Source: Balanoglossus misakiensis
Taxonomy: Eukaryota; Animalia; Hemichordata
Direction: 5' to 3'
NCBI GenBank assembly: GCA_040954595.2
Contig: CM082591.2
Coordinates: forward strand, 3,519,957 to 3,583,956
Length of the DNA: 64,000 bases
A program made the position numbers and the translations under genes. Shown one piece after another: positions 62,401 to 64,000 of this stretch. The stretch's first letter is position 1, and every line of letters begins with the position of its first letter. The notes below the pieces were generated by a model. It was not told where the DNA came from and did no database searches. It saw only the letters and a list, made by a program, of their open reading frames with translations.

Positions 62401-64000
62401 TTTACGTCCTTGGGGTGGAAAAGACATGCAAACATGAGAAAATAATCCACATGAATTAAAATACACAAAATTTTCTGTATTCGGTATGAAATGCAACAAT
62501 GTTATTGTATAATTCTACTGAAACAGTTTTTACTTGCACAAGGCAACGCTAATGCTAACCAAAGAATTTGTCCTTGTATTGCGGCGGTTTTCCGAAGGAA
62601 TTCATAACTTTGTGCACAGTCCCATTCTGTACATAATAAGTCGACTTCAATAGATTAGCAGTAACCGAGTATACCCGGTGTTAGCTGGTGTAATCTTAGT
62701 AAGAAGAATAACATAGACGCACAAAAGTAGCTTATGTCGAACACACGTGTACGCATTGGGTGTTAATTTCTTTAGTGTATAATTATGTTGCTTACATTTA
62801 GTAGATAGATATCGGTAAGCTCTTTGAACATTATTCTACAAAGGCATGTAATCTCGGTGTTGATGAAAAGAGCAATTCCGGTGGGCCTCCTCTGATCGCA
62901 AAGCTTTCGAAATGTACAAATCAGTCACCTTGCAAGAAACACATTTATATTCTTGCATTTCTTATTTCCCAACGGGCTATAGGTGAAGAAGGAAGCTCAT
63001 TATATGGGCACAGAATTGCACATTCAATCAAAATTGGCCCGCGGTGTACAATAAATATAGCATGTCCTCTTCAATTTAACATCAAAACCGGCTAATATGT
63101 TCTTCGGGTACAGTACACGCATGAATCAATAAATAAATATGTCGCGCCCCTATCTGCTCTGTATTTCCAATAATTTAAAGCAAGTGGTGTGGAATACCGA
63201 CTCTGAATATCCGTTGCTTATTTTAGGTCGGCTGCTTTCCTCTTCCCGGTATTACATCACAGAAATAACGACAGAACTGAACTGGAAACATTCAATTTAC
63301 CAGTGTTTAGATTCTATTAATCTCTGCGGGTAAACATACGTCATTTGCAATAACCAGTCGGCCAGGCACGACTGCTTGAGTTCATTTCAGTTCCTACATG
63401 TTTCTGTTACCAGTCATTTATTGGACTAGGTTTCCTGATGAGATATTGGAAGTAGGCTGCCAAGATATGTCTGAACCTTTCCTAAAGTGACACTTCAGTT
63501 TTGTAGGTTTGTACTCAAAGAATCAGGACGTTAGTGTCAACAATCTCATCCATCAATGCCTCCCTTCCAGGGAGATGATAAATCGGTTGATAACATTCAA
63601 TATGATAGGGCTGTTATTGTGCTGGTTTTGATGCACACGTATCACACGTATCATACTGTACAAACAAATGCCATCACAGCATTCCAATGGAGTATGTTTT
63701 GCATTTGGGTTGTGTTGCTAGGTGATACTTAAAGGGACATTAGCTTCAACTTTTGGTTTTATATGCAGTACTTTTGTTCTGTGTATCAAATGCAATGTCT
63801 TGGTCTACTCCATACACCATGTTAATATACCCAGTACTCCACTCATCAACATATCCTGATGTTTGTCATTATTGACAAATTTATTCTAAATAAAATCTAA
63901 CTACTGTCAGGTGGTACAAGATGTTTATAATGAGGTTGTTGTGACCAATCATCGATTCTAGATGTTTGAATCTCCTTCAGTCATTCTCAATGCTTCTTGT

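Overview
AT-rich, intron-containing animal genomic DNA, not prokaryotic; the gene content suggests an invertebrate deuterostome such as a hemichordate or echinoderm, which is inference only. Five protein-coding genes can be built by hand from GT-AG splice sites and frame continuity: (1) the 3' part (12 exons) of an NRF-6/acyltransferase-3 family membrane protein whose conserved catalytic motifs are degenerate; (2) a two-exon, ~1058-aa family-B-like 7TM receptor with signal peptide, mucin stalk, somatomedin-B domain and two Cys-rich repeats but no visible GPS motif; (3,4) two intronless, tandem histamine-H3/muscarinic-like rhodopsin GPCR paralogues on the minus strand with diverged ligand pockets; (5) an ETS factor combining a PNT/SAM domain, an AT-hook and a PU.1/SPI-type ETS domain. 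The most striking non-genic structure is a 1.83-kb foldback element (4942-6767) with ~646-bp near-identical inverted arms, TTAA target duplication and AG..CT termini (Kolobok-type), whose spacer carries a frameshifted Cys-rich fragment resembling the P2X7 intracellular 'ballast'/Kolobok accessory protein. Several MITEs, microsatellites and a 62-bp minisatellite are also present. Most short ORFs in the supplied track look spurious, and I found no convincing genes in 34.4-48.5 kb or 50.5-64 kb.
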